A stretch of 64,000 nt of DNA, taken from positions 16,988,001-17,052,000 of the forward strand of contig NC_043002.1 of the NCBI RefSeq assembly GCF_006345805.1, in the 5' to 3' direction. The position numbers were made by a program, and so were the translations under genes. Below are positions 1-12,552 of the stretch, piece by piece (positions within the stretch are counted from its first letter, which is position 1; the number at the start of each line of letters is the position of its first letter). The notes beneath the pieces are model-generated. The model had not been told where the DNA came from and made no database searches. It saw only the letters and a program-made list of their open reading frames with translations. The stretch is from Octopus sinensis (taxonomy: Eukaryota).

Positions 1-33
1 TGTGTCTGTGTGTGTGTTTGGTGTGTGTGTGTG

Positions 34-78
<45 letters not shown>

Positions 79-82
<4 letters not shown>

Positions 83-919
83 AAAACTTCCAGCTCATGA
101 AAATAATCCCCCTTCGAAGTTGTTATTAAAATTTAAAGCATCCGGTCAATTCGTCGACGGCAATGCGTCGTCGTTTAATTTGGCTCCAGTCAATTCGTGA
201 TTAAACAATTCGTCGACATCAGAGGGGATATAAAAGAGCGAATATCTGAATTTAAGGAAAAACAGAAACGTTTATTTTAAGGTTAGCTGTATTACATATT
301 TATATTTTCTAAAAATTTAAGATTGAATGCAACTGCTTTTAGAATAATAATTTTTTGGCTTCGAACATTCTTTGCCATAACATTCTTTATGTGCAGGTTC
401 CTATATCTATCTTTTTTTTTTTCGTTTATTTTTTCTTTTGGCTGTGTTTTTGCATAATCTTTTGCAATTTGGTACTCGCAAACTTCTCATATTTAATCAT
501 ATCAATAAGTTTCCTAATATTTGGATGACTAATATTCACTGTTTTTCAGCGCGCTGTTGTAGACAGCGACGAATTGACTGGAGACAAATCAACTGACAAC
601 GAAATAACCGAGACTGAATAGTCCCAGCACTAAATCTAAACACGTCTCCAAAGGATTTTGCTTCCAATCTTTGGTTAGTGTCTGTTGATGAATATTATAC
701 AAATAATAGTTACATATTGTAATACAGCTAACCTTAAAATATTCCTTTTTTTCCCCCTTAAATTCAGATATTCGTCCTTTTATTTTCCTTATGATGTCGA
801 CGAATTGACTGGAGACAAATTAAACGACGACGCATTGCCATCGACGAATTGATCGGATGCCTTAAGTTTTAATAAAATCTTCGAAGGAGGATTATTTTCA
901 TGAGCTGGAAGTTTTCAGC
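79..919. mobile_element. Non-autonomous TIR element (MITE-like) with ~220-bp imperfect terminal inverted repeats, bordered by (TG)n left and (CA)n right
   Basis: 79-~296 (gctgaaaacttccagctcatgaaaataatcc...caattcgtcgac...gaatatctgaatttaagg...ttttaaggttagctgt) is the reverse complement of ~715-919; internal subrepeat cgacgaattgactggagacaaat recurs near 568 and 798; no ORF. Confidence 0.85.
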
Positions 920-1548
920 ACACACACGCACACACACACACACGCGCGCGGAAACACATAGTCAGAATCAACCCCCCAGACACACACCAATAAACAATAT
1001 ATGTTTGTGTATGAAGTGCTTCTGTGATTTAGTATAAGATGAGACTGGTATAATTTCATTGAAGTCTTATTGATATGCATATCTGGCGTTTTTTTCTGAT
1101 CTATCTTCCTGTATAATATTTCATATTTTAGTAGAATATACGTAACATAGTTTCTAGACTTGACTTTAACATAAAGAGCCTTGAATTTGGCCAAAATATA
1201 GTATACATATATAATCAGAGAAATTTCATGAGGCTTTGATCATAATCGGACAGTTTTACTCGAGAAATGCATGTTTACTCAATTTCAAACCAGACGGCTT
1301 TTTCTGCGCCTACTGCACATGCATTTTTCTCGCGTACGCATAGTATCGATCGCAACAGCTGATGTATTTGCGCGTACAAATGCACGTTCCCACAGCTTTA
1401 TCGATCGCATTCTCACCTGGAATCGATTTTTGTAACTTTTTCAAGATTTATACACGCCCTGATACCGTCGGTATCTACAAATCAAATTTGAGGGCAATCG
1501 TATGCCCAAGATTCTAGAAGACACACACTCACATAGACAGAACGGATA

Positions 1549-1613
<65 letters not shown>

Positions 1614-1829
1614 TATGGAGAAATTTGGAATATATCATTGACTCTATTTTTATCTAGTGCAACAATTTACGAATCATAACAATAGAATCAAGGATTTAAG
1701 CGATTGCAGCCCCCACCCCAGAGCATTAAGTAGCTAAAAGATTCAGACTAATCAAAGGACATAGTAAGTATTACTACCGGTCCACGAGAGTCCAAATACT
1801 TGAATGTATGCTGAGAGATTGTCTTAGCC

Positions 1830-2110
1830 TGGTTGCCTTCGGAAAGTTGGTTTCTGTAGTTATTATCAACGTATTTTGGCGATTTAAATAAGAGTTTTGA
1901 CTGTTATTTCCAGCAGGTAATCGTACGTAGTATGCCCATTGGTTTATATATGAACCAACTTCACGGCAGGAGGTGCAGATGATGGCAGCTGCATCGAACT
2001 CTCTCATGCAGCAAATGGCAGTTGCTAAAAAGCATTCGTGAAGTAAAACCATGTAGCAACACCAAATGGCGGTGCCCCAGCATGGCCACAGCTCGTGAGA
2101 TGAAACTAGA
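1830..2110 (+). mobile_element. CR1/L2-clade LINE 3' end fragment
   Basis: Translates EPTSRQEVQMMAAASNSLMQQM (CR1-type PDEP...SNSL C-terminus), then tail catggccacagctcgtgagatgaaactag; second copy inverted at 53614-53764. Confidence 0.65.
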
Positions 2111-2191
2111 ATCAATCAATCAATCAATCAATCATATATATTTTGTATATATACGTATATATGTAGAGAGAGAGAAAGAAATGGTTAGAGT

Positions 2192-2232
<41 letters not shown>

Positions 2233-2350
2233 TCTTTAAATTAACGAATGAAAATAACGGACAAGAGGACATGCGCAAAGAAGGCTCGGTGACAGGAGAG
2301 AGTTTGTCGTTTCGATCATAGTTCTTCGTCGAGAAGGAAAAAGGGGTAAG

Positions 2351-2422
<72 letters not shown>

Positions 2423-3524
2423 GACACACAAACACACACACACATAGTTCACAGCAAAGAGTTTTTGTTTCTTTAATCTGTGCCTGTTCGACTGTTGTCT
2501 AAAATGACTGTATTCCGTCGATATGATTGTTAATCTGTTCGTCATATTTATAAAAGAAATTCTTTTCTACATCACATATACTCCATCGTTGTTGCATCTA
2601 GTTTTTAATTGTAGTCAATAGTAAATTTTAATAAAACTTTCCAAGCCGTTGCATTTTCCTAATTGCTGAATTCACTGAATTCAGTATATAATTGGTGCAT
2701 AAAAGTTGCAGCAAAACACGGGGCGTGCATATGTGGTAGTATATAAGTTGCTGCAAAAGTACTGGCAACCTTCTCATTTTGCTAAGTCCACTTCATTCCG
2801 GTCCTATGAGAATCGAAAATATCGGCTGCTACAGAGAATCGTACGATTAATAAACTTCTATACGTTTCCATTGTTAAGTGGTGAAATAAAATATAGTAGA
2901 GCTGACACATATATGTCACATTAATAGCAAAGAAGAATAGAAGCGTATAAATACCAGAGTCAATTATGGCTTTCTTTACTGTGTTGATTCAAGTGTCAAG
3001 AACTTTTTGTTTTTATTCCCAACGAAAATCTGATACGCCTGCCGTAGTAGTAGAAAAAATGGTGGTGATATTTTAAGTGTTGAGAATGTAGATTATAATC
3101 GGTTGATGTTTCATAAGGTGTGGAACGGTTTGATGGTGTTAATGTCTGCTATGATAAGATAACTGGAAAAGTTTCTCCCACATTGAAATATAGTAGGATT
3201 GGCCCGATCAATACTTTTGTTAGAATTGCTTTGCTTTGACTCTATTGTTTCGAGAATGTTTTCTTTATATAATTTGTTGGTTTTACTTAATCTGGCATTC
3301 ATACTACTACAGAGGAGAGCATTATTTTAGCGCCTTATATTGTCTTTCTCTGCTATTATCGCACACACGATCGGCAAGCATCTTAGGTCAAACAAGATTA
3401 TTATTTACATAGAATCATCACCGCCTGAAAGTATATTTATAGGTGCGTTTATGTACTGGATCAATATATTTTTGGCTTCCTTTTACAGTAGCAGGGAAAC
3501 ACTAGTGAATAAAACCACAGACTT

Positions 3525-3581
<57 letters not shown>

Positions 3582-3613
3582 CATATACATGTACATATAT
3601 ATATCTGTTTATA

Positions 3614-3666
<53 letters not shown>

Positions 3667-5834
3667 ACTACTGTATAAAAATAGCAGTAATTTATTATGC
3701 CAGTGTTGAGGAATGACTATGGAGCATTTATTGTTTTTTCATCAACCTACTGATTTACATAAATAATGCATATATATAAACATATGTCAATATACGTTGT
3801 TAGAATACTGGCTTTGTGTTAGTATTGAAACTGCTTACAGACACAATCATCTTTAAATGTGGCTCTAAATTAAAATCACTTAGGTTTTCTCTGCTGGATA
3901 GATATTTAAAGTTTGACTCTGTAATGATTGCATTAACCGGCTGTAATCCGTTTCTCTCATGCTTTGCCATTCTACCGTTTATCTCTAAATGTTTAATATA
4001 TCTTTAACGAAAACACTTATCAGCGTCTATAATTTGCACATAGCATATCCCCTGGGTGATCTCTGAGAATTTTTACGATGATTTAATATGTATGAAATGA
4101 AAATAATAGTTAATTGTGAAAACGTACAATGTGTATATTTAGATGTTTAAACAGTTTTCCAATCTCCAGTTGCCTGATGTGTTTAAATTTCAGAGCTTTC
4201 CTCTTAGGGTTTAACTCTAAAATCAGCTCCATATTGAACACCGTAATGATACTTGCGTGCACGCAAATTATAAACAATGCCAAGTATTAACGTAATAATT
4301 GTATTCCATATAACCTGCTAAAACTTTTTTTATGTAAATGTTATTAGACATTATGAGAACCCGTTTTATACACAGGATGCAGTTAACCCACTGAGAGAAC
4401 AAGAAATATATTTCTATTAGCTTATAGAATTTTGCCAGCGTTGTAACTGATGAATATATCAATAAAAAACATATCTTTAAAACAACATAATTGACTCATT
4501 AAATATTATTTAAGGGAATTCACTACATTTATATTTATATTATATTACTCTTTCACGTTGTCAAGCTCAATTACGTTCTCATGTGCTTCTAACTCTAATT
4601 TCAAATATCTCAACACGAATTTTTATTAATGGAGCCAAAAGCTTTTATTTTTGTTGTCAAAGAAACGGAACTGCAGGAGTATTCAGGCATCAATTATTCC
4701 AGTTTCAACCTTGGGTTCTGAAATTTCATTAATTACTTTATTTTCTAAGGATACATAATTACAAATGAAACTGTTTCTACACGAACTAACAACCAAATTT
4801 TAGACACGGTGTGTTCAGAAGTGTTTTTAAGTTTCAGAATGAACAGAACTTAGCTTTGCAGACATATAATACAGGGGTTTCAAGAAATGAAAGTTCTAAG
4901 TCATGAAACGATGACATGAATATTATCAACTAGTTAAAATCATAGATTATGTAATTATATATTAGAAACGTAATTTATCTTCATTCTCTTATATTTCTGT
5001 TATAAAATGACAAAATTTGATAATGATTTCTTCTAGTTTCAGCTAAATTCAAATTAGCACTTAAATATATCCTTAGATGGTGGCTGCTCGGGGTTATGTA
5101 ATTTATTTGAAATGTTACGTAGTATGAAATTACAACAACCGATAGTTAATTATATCTGCTAGAGACTCTTATAAGTTCTGCTCCAATACAAACATATTGC
5201 AGCGTACGGCTAGTCGAAATGTGCTGATTCATCAGGCTTTAGCTTTCGATAACTCCTATCCATATAAATAATTACAACACTAGAAAAACGTGAGAGTGAA
5301 ATACTAAATTTAGAGCAGAAAGGAAATTGGAATTAAAATCTACGAAGAAACAAATGGTGTTATAGAAGTTAAAGCGTACTGGTAGTATAAGACGTAACAT
5401 GGTTAATCTACTACTGTTTTCGAAAATGTAATAGAATTTAGTAAGAAACGGACAGGAATCTTGAGTGTTATACACTGCATTTTGAAATTACAATGTAGAA
5501 ATCCGTCTTAGGTATTTTGGAACAAAGTATGTACAGATGTTTATTGATAGTATATACTGCTTATAATGTGTCACTCAAAATCTATAAAAGTACGCCGAAA
5601 TTATCATCACGTTACCTGCACAAATTAATAGCTTATGCCATTAACACTCATCAAATAATCATCTCCATATGCCACTAAATATATGCGTTCATGCATATAC
5701 ATACGTACGTATATGTATGTATGTTTCTATGTATATCATTCATTTTACAATTTTGGTGGTTCCAGGCATAGGACTGTGGCCATGCTGCTACATCGCCTTA
5801 CTTTTTGTCTTTTTTTGTAGCACTATCGCTGGAA

Positions 5835-6252
5835 TATTGCCTCTAAAAGAGTTTGATCAATTTCTGGCCTTATACACAACGGTCTTCCATAACTATTTGC
5901 CGACCATTCTCAATCCGCTCCTTGTTTTGGCTTGAGGATGGCCTACTTAAGCGTACCTCACTCTGTAGTGAGGTGAGTCATGTTTGAAGCGGTTGTACAG
6001 TTACTTAATCAGAGTTTTGCTCATGGCATCACTGCAAAATTCCTGCTGAATATTCTGGATGGTTTTATGTTGAGTATCATGAAGCTTTCAGCAAAATTTT
6101 ATACTCTATATCTGCTCAATACATTCGATCAACTTGTATGAAACCGAAAATCAAACGTACGCACGCTACATATCTGTACTCTAGGCGAGACTATCCACGC
6201 GAAGACGTCGGCTCATGCGCAAGAAGTTGGGCACTTTTGAACGCACCTTACA
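5835..6252 (-). mobile_element. Degenerate mariner element: TIR plus transposase N-terminus
   Basis: Minus-strand translation KFC*KLHDTQHKTIQNIQQEFCSDAMSKTLIK*LYNRFK resembles the mariner HTH region; terminus taaggtgcgttcaaaagtgccc next to TA repeats. Confidence 0.7.
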
Positions 6253-7936
6253 TATACATATTTGTATAGTGAATGTGGTTTATTCGCAAATTTCAACGGA
6301 AAGGTAGAAATATAAACGTGACTAACGTGACTAACGTGACTAAAAATACTAGTGAGCACCAGTATTGCAATAATTTGATTAATTATATATATATATATAT
6401 ACACATATATATATGTATATATACATATATATATATGTACGATGCATATAAACACTATACTGTAATATATTACTGTATATGCATCTAGGAAAATTGGGAA
6501 ATATCATTGGAGATTGATCGATATTTCAGTTACTTAAAATTTGAAATATACAGTCATTAAGTTCTAGAATTCTAGATTGCCGTCTTATATACGTAATCGT
6601 CAATGAATCAGATTCCTTGATGTACCGAAAGAATGTTATGCGATAGGTATATTCAGTGCAATATTCTTAGATTACAATGTAAAATATAAATGGGATTAAC
6701 TATACAAAGTAATACTATTACACAAATATTCATTATATTAGTGTATATGATTGACGGCAATTTATGTGAACTTGATGCCATAATAATATGCTGGAGATAC
6801 TTATGGAAATAATTATCAATTCATGAATTTCTATAACTCTGATACACAAAATGTACAACTTACATAAGACGGCGATCGTGGAAAATTATTCCAAATTTAA
6901 TGATAACATGTACATACACATTTACTCCGCACAGGATAAATGGCTGCATAAGAATACTGAGCAGAATTGAAAAGAGTTATTGAAATATACTGTGAATATA
7001 AATATTGATCTCATACTACTGAATGGTATTTTGTACGTAGTTTTATGGCAATAAGCTAAGAAATTACAGGAATCATGTTAATATAAAGTCTCGAAATAAT
7101 CATGATCATCTTGGCCCTCCATATCTCAAAAGGAGAATTATTATGGTTAAGTGCATTAAATTAATTACTAGTAATTGTTGCATTTCAGTTTTGTTGATGA
7201 ATACTTGCTAAATTCAGAAGCTTCAAAGAACGTTTTAAAACTAATATACACGGATGTAATATAAGAGGAGTCGAGAAATAAGGTGAAACGCAATATCATA
7301 TTATATTACTGATACCAGTGTTGATAAGAAATACAGAATCATTTTGTTAAATTAAATAAGTAAGATTCGTTTTCAAAAATCATTTACCATCAGGCTTTCT
7401 AAAGAATATAAGTAATGAACTTTGTTCAGAAAATTGAGTTAAATTTGATAACGACGCGTCCTTCTGAAAACTAACGATATTTCATTTATTATAAATATGT
7501 AGGTGCTGATTAAAAATAAAACAAATACAAAATATATAAGGAAAAATAATGCGAGTTATTTAGTTACTGCGCAATAATCTTACAGTATTTAGAACAATGC
7601 ACAAGGAACTCATAACATTAATGCCAGCAATCGGATTAGTTCTTTAAAATCCTCTAAAAGTATATGTCAAACATTATTGTAGAAACGAACATTTCCAATT
7701 AGAAAAAAACTAATCTATTCAATAAAATGAGCAACGTAAAAACAAATAATTGCACTTAACTAAGAATCATTAGATTATAAATTCGCCAATATGAAACGTA
7801 TTCTGCGTACACATTCTCATGCGCACGCACACATACACACACACATGCTCAGAGAGAGATAGAGAGAAACGTACGCAACAAAATATGTACATATACATAC
7901 ATATATGTATCCATGTATGTATATATATATATATAT

Positions 7937-8099
7937 TTCTCTCCTTGTTTCTCTCCTTGTATTCCTCTGTGTATCTTTCTGTCGAAGAGCGTAGGCTCGA
8001 AACGTAAAAGACTTTTTCTATTCCTGAGCGCAATACTAATACCTTTGTTTGTGTGTACTCCACCTGCCTTTGTCTTTTGTTTATTTTCGTAAACTTTCC

Positions 8100-8102
<3 letters not shown>
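7937..8102 (+). mobile_element. ~165-nt pyrimidine-rich element between (TA)n tracts carrying a minimal hammerhead (retrozyme/Penelope-derived)
   Basis: Contains the hammerhead at 7974-8011; shares cctgagcgc..taatac..tccacct..tgtctttt with the element at 31411-31617. Confidence 0.65.
7974..8011 (+). ncRNA. Minimal type I hammerhead ribozyme (variant core)
   Basis: TCTTT-CTGTCGA-A-GAGC(gtag)GCTC-GAA-ACGT-A-AAAGA: stem I TCTTT/AAAGA, stem II GAGC/GCTC, palindromic stem III ACGT, GUA triplet ending at 8006. Confidence 0.7.
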
Positions 8103-8148
<46 letters not shown>

Positions 8149-8227
8149 TATAAACATAGGAAAGCACTTCTCTCTCTCTCTCTCTCTCTATCACTCTAGT
8201 GTGTGTTAATATATATATATATACATA

Positions 8228-8503
8228 CAGAAGAGGTATGAAAAGCTAATCGAAGAATGCAGAGAACAGGGATGGAATGTAGAATATTATTACCTGGCAG
8301 TGGGGGCTAGAGGCTTCATTGAAAGGAAAATGACAACGCTTTTCAAAAGAAGATTTGTTTTTTCTAGCTTCGAGCTGCGAAAACTAATAAGGACAGTACA
8401 GAAGGCGGTTGAAAAAGCTAGCTTCTGTATATGGCTGAAGCGGGAAGACCGAAAATGGCTTGAAAGTCATAACATGCCGGCGGGAAATAACATCACTAGG
8501 TGA
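8228..8503 (+). mobile_element. HERO/NeSL-type RLE non-LTR retrotransposon, C-terminal coding fragment; probable 3' UTR to ~8880
   Basis: Open frame QKRYEKLIEECREQGWNVEYYYLAVGARGF...AVEKASFCIWLKRED matches the RLE C-terminus pattern KY..L..EC...GW......VG.RGF...AS.W.W.KR. Confidence 0.75.
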
Positions 8504-8889
8504 GACAAGCTGACACTGAATTAGCTTCGCTGACTGACATGTGACGGTCGTTTAGAGAATACGTGGGCTAAAACTACGCGCCTTCACTAGTCAGTTAAGG
8601 TGAGACAGGTATTTAAAGGGAAAATTTTGACAAGTCAGTCAGTCACCGTCTGACACTCGCTGACGATACATCGAAGAGGCCAGGGAACAGAAGAAAGAAG
8701 ACATGCGCCGAACACCAGAACTGAAGACGCCTCCGAAAGTGGGGTGGCACCACGTCAAAATGGTAGAGGACTAGGGGCCGAAATCGGACGTGGTTCCTCC
8801 TGATGATGTTTTGAGCTAACTGGATCCTATAAAGGAGCTGTTGTAGTAGCAGGCCACGAAACACGGTTGTAAATTTCCCCCACCCCACC

Positions 8890-8950
<61 letters not shown>

Positions 8951-8956
8951 TATATA

Positions 8957-9078
8957 CGAGGTATGTATGAAAAGTCTTGAGCCTAGAAAAAGAAAACATG
9001 TTAAAAGACATCTGATGACGGTCCAAGACTTCAAGGTTCAAAAGCCTTGAAGGCTCAAAACCTTTCATACACCCCTCG
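8957..9078. mobile_element. 122-bp mariner-type MITE flanked by TA
   Basis: ta|cgaggtatgtatgaaaagtcttgagcct ... aggctcaaaacctttcatacacccctcg|ta inverted termini. Confidence 0.75.
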
Positions 9079-9122
9079 TAAATATAAATACCCACACACA
9101 AACACACACACACACATACACA

Positions 9123-9190
<68 letters not shown>

Positions 9191-11423
9191 CATACATATA
9201 TATGTATGTGTATATATGTATATGTTTGTCTGTGTATACGTATACACACCCTGACAAACAAGCATACACACGCACATTATATATACACATTGTTCTCAAT
9301 ATTCATTTTATCATCGAGTGGGAAATCATTTTCATGTGTCGGACAATAATCCTGTGCAATTTGTCTAAAATTTCTACAATCTTGTGGTCATGGACTTGTA
9401 AATCTGTTACCAGCGTTGATTAAAGTATAAAAAGAAAAAACCTTGTATCAATCTAAATTTTATGTTTCTTGCCAAGTCCGTAATGTTTCAGGCATTGCTA
9501 TGTTACTCAAGTTATCTTAACTATATTAAATTTGAAACATTAAAACAGATTTATAATTAATTCTAAAGAACAAATGAGATGAACTTTCTTTAGCTTGCAA
9601 GTATTTCGCTATTTAGATTTACTATTTAATTAAATGTTAAATATTAGTTCCGAATTCCGTGTACACAGGAAACAAATTCGAAACAAATTTCGGAAAATTT
9701 ATTTTTGAAATTTGTTGATTAGATATATAATTTTCTATGTATGTTACTGAACATTCCGTGATTTGGTGCATTCTCAACATCAATATGTACAGAAGCCTCA
9801 TTCAGTTATATAAAAGCTAATTACTATCTTAATTCTAATTGATCAATCAGGGCTTAATCACACGGCCACAGTTTCTTGGAAAAGTCATACCAAATTCATT
9901 GTATTGAGGATAAATGTAATCCAGGGCAGTTATTCTATACATTTTAATATATTCTACTGGAAAATACACATGTTGAATTTAAACATACGGCGGTGAATAA
10001 ATAATGAAGATATTTCTTTAAAGTAATTGTTCGTGTATCTTCTGATGCAAAATTAGTTATAAACAATTGCTCATTCTTCCAGTTCTCCTAGCTCTTTTTC
10101 TACACATGGAATTGCATTGTGTTTCAAGGATTGTCAATTGTATATGCTCATATATATTTGTATAAAGGATGGAATAAATCAAACATTTGCAACAGGTAAA
10201 ATATATGGTATATAACGCCAACGGTGGATATAAGAAGAAAAGAAAGACTAAGGATGACAGCTGATTAGATATGTTCCATGAATACAATTGGGGAAAAGGG
10301 CAAATGTTTTCGACTTATTTGCACTCTTCAGCGATAAGGTATATTAGACAGCTAAAGTTTTTTTTTTTTTGTGTGTGTGTGTGTGTGCATATGTGCGTGC
10401 GTATGGATGTTTGTGTTTTCTCTGTGTGTGTGTGTGTGTGTGTTTCTTGAATAATAGGCTGAAATAAGATAAGTTTTCGGAGACATTTCCTTGAAAAATA
10501 CATGACCTTCGGTTTTTTTGCTGTCGTCGATGATGTGTCAAGATATTTCTTATAAATGTCGAGAGATAGAACAACATTCCTCTTTCAAGCCAGATCTTTT
10601 CATGTAATAAGCTCCTATCATCTTGAAAGTGACACAGCACGAGATCATCTCATTAATAATTATGCATTCTCAAAATGTCGCATCTAAGGAATATTTTCTC
10701 GGATAACAAACTGCTGCCAGGTGCGACGGATTTTGAAGTTCCAAATATTGTTTTGAAAGCAAACTATTGAAGATTATATGGTGTATTTCCGGCTTATTAT
10801 TCACGGCTTTTCAAATGCCGTTACTTAGATCTGGCGCTCTCTTTCTACAGTTGGATTGCTGCGAAAGAAATATGTTACAGGAAGGTTGATAATTGGGAAT
10901 CTATGTGCAAAATAGTGAGATGGATATCGTACAAGATTTATATGTAAAACAAATGACATTTCAGCTTCCTGAAGTTATTTTTACTTTGTTTGGTTAAACC
11001 ATCTGCTTATAATTTTTTACAAAATGTAGCTTTTGGATTGCTGTCTATACTGACAGCATCTTGTACATCGAAACATCGGCTTCTGATACGCTTAATAACC
11101 TGATACCAACATATAACCTGAGATAAGAAAACCGTCTTTATTATCCTTATATCGATCAATACGTTAAGTTTGTCAGCCCATATTTTAGAAGTAATGTATG
11201 TAGAGAAATATTAAGAGAGAAATGTTTTTCTTGAATCGCATATTTAACTATTCGAATTTCCATTCGGGAGAATTTTCTTTGCTTTTTTCGGTAAGGATTT
11301 TGAAAATGAATTCCAATAAATCCACTATGATTTCTAAGAGCCAAAAGTTTTCAGGTTGACAAATTCCATGTAGATATCAGTTTAAAAAAACTAAGCCCCT
11401 ATCCTTATTTTTTTTTATATTGT

Positions 11424-11615
11424 ACATGTTTCGCTCATTAGACTGCAGCCATGTTGGAGCAGCTCCTTGAAGAGTTTGAGTCAAATGAATCGAACCCAGT
11501 ACTCAATTTTTGTTAGGCCTGGTACTTATCCTATCGGTCATTTTTACCGAACAGAAATTCCTGGGAAGTAAACATACAAACAGCGGTTGTCAAGCTGTGG
11601 TAATGGGCAGACACA
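11424..11615 (-). mobile_element. SINE tail fragment (same family as 36941-37410)
   Basis: Diverged match to cagtcatttgactgcggccatgctggagc...gtacttattctatcggtc...cggttgtcaag. Confidence 0.6.
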
Positions 11616-11619
11616 CTAT

Positions 11620-12040
11620 GAGGATTCTACAACCTATTCTTCTTGTGTCAGTTATAGTACTTATGTCCAATGTGATATTTATGTCCCGACAGTGATTTGC
11701 AGAAGGCCCACAGATCCTGCATGCATGAGGATTACAGGTCAGTGCAGGTGAAATATTATCAGATGATTTTCTTTTTCGCCTTGCTCCCCGAAGTATGTAA
11801 ATGCTGGCTGCAACTAAGTTTCTGATACCGTTTTGACACAACGATCTCCATTTTGTTCGCCTGAAGGCTGTTCCCTGAAAGGTGTTGTAAACTATCTTCA
11901 TTTTTAAGAGGTTACTCTTGAGCTTTATATCTAGGCCATCGTCGACGAACATTCGGGTGCCGTCTCACAAGATAGCTGTACATGGGGAATTTGGACATTC
12001 TTTCGACATTGATTCTGACGTCATAGCCAGCTCAGCGTAA
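11620..12040 (+). mobile_element. Degenerate Penelope-like GIY-YIG endonuclease fragment
   Basis: Frameshifted plus-strand peptides ALYLGHRRRTFGCRL and HKIAVHGEFGHSFDIDSDVIAS resemble YIG.T.R.L..RL.EH and A...H....GH.FD; 11620-11695 recurs as a diverged direct repeat at 12444-12520. Confidence 0.45.
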
Positions 12041-12105
12041 TATACTCTTTTACTCTTTTACTCTTTTACTTGTTTCAGCCATCCGGCTGAGGCCATGCTG
12101 CGGCA

Positions 12106-12165
<60 letters not shown>

Positions 12166-12222
12166 AATACTAAATTTCTAAATCTCTCGTAGAGACTTGT
12201 ACGGTGGTGGGGCGATAGAGTA

Positions 12223-12404
12223 GTTGTATACTGTCAATCTAACACGAACGTGACAGTAGGGGGGGGGTACACCACCGCTGTTTAGCCCTAGGAAGCATCA
12301 ACGCCTCCTGTCAAAGCCATCAGGAAGCGTGGATGCTTCCTAGGGCTAAACAGCGGTAGTGTACCCCCTACTGTCACGTTCGTGTTAGATTGACAGTATA
12401 CAAC
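12223..12404. mobile_element. 182-bp near-perfect palindrome (foldback MITE)
   Basis: gttgtatactgtcaatctaacacgaacgtgacagtagggg...gcatc pairs with gatgc...ctactgtcacgttcgtgttagattgacagtatacaac; the loop is also self-complementary. Confidence 0.85.
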
Positions 12405-12407
12405 CAT

Positions 12408-12447
<40 letters not shown>

Positions 12448-12520
12448 GATTCTACAACCTGCTCTTTTTGTGTCAGTTATAATGCTTCTGTCGCATGTGA
12501 TATGTTTGTCCCGACAGCGG

Positions 12521-12552
<32 letters not shown>

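Noticed and set aside
2270-2277. CATGCGCA (NRF1-like) as promoter evidence
   Set aside because: The same word occurs inside the mariner fragment at ~6214, so it is not diagnostic
10305-10340. CTGAAGA...GAAA on the minus strand; similar words at ~9013 and ~19085-19127
   Set aside because: Stems do not pair or the GAAA half is mutated; at most very decayed remnants
11590-11952. 120-aa minus-strand ORF with a CxxC motif
   Set aside because: Better explained as the antisense of a decayed Penelope-like GIY-YIG fragment on the plus strand; it runs into a SINE
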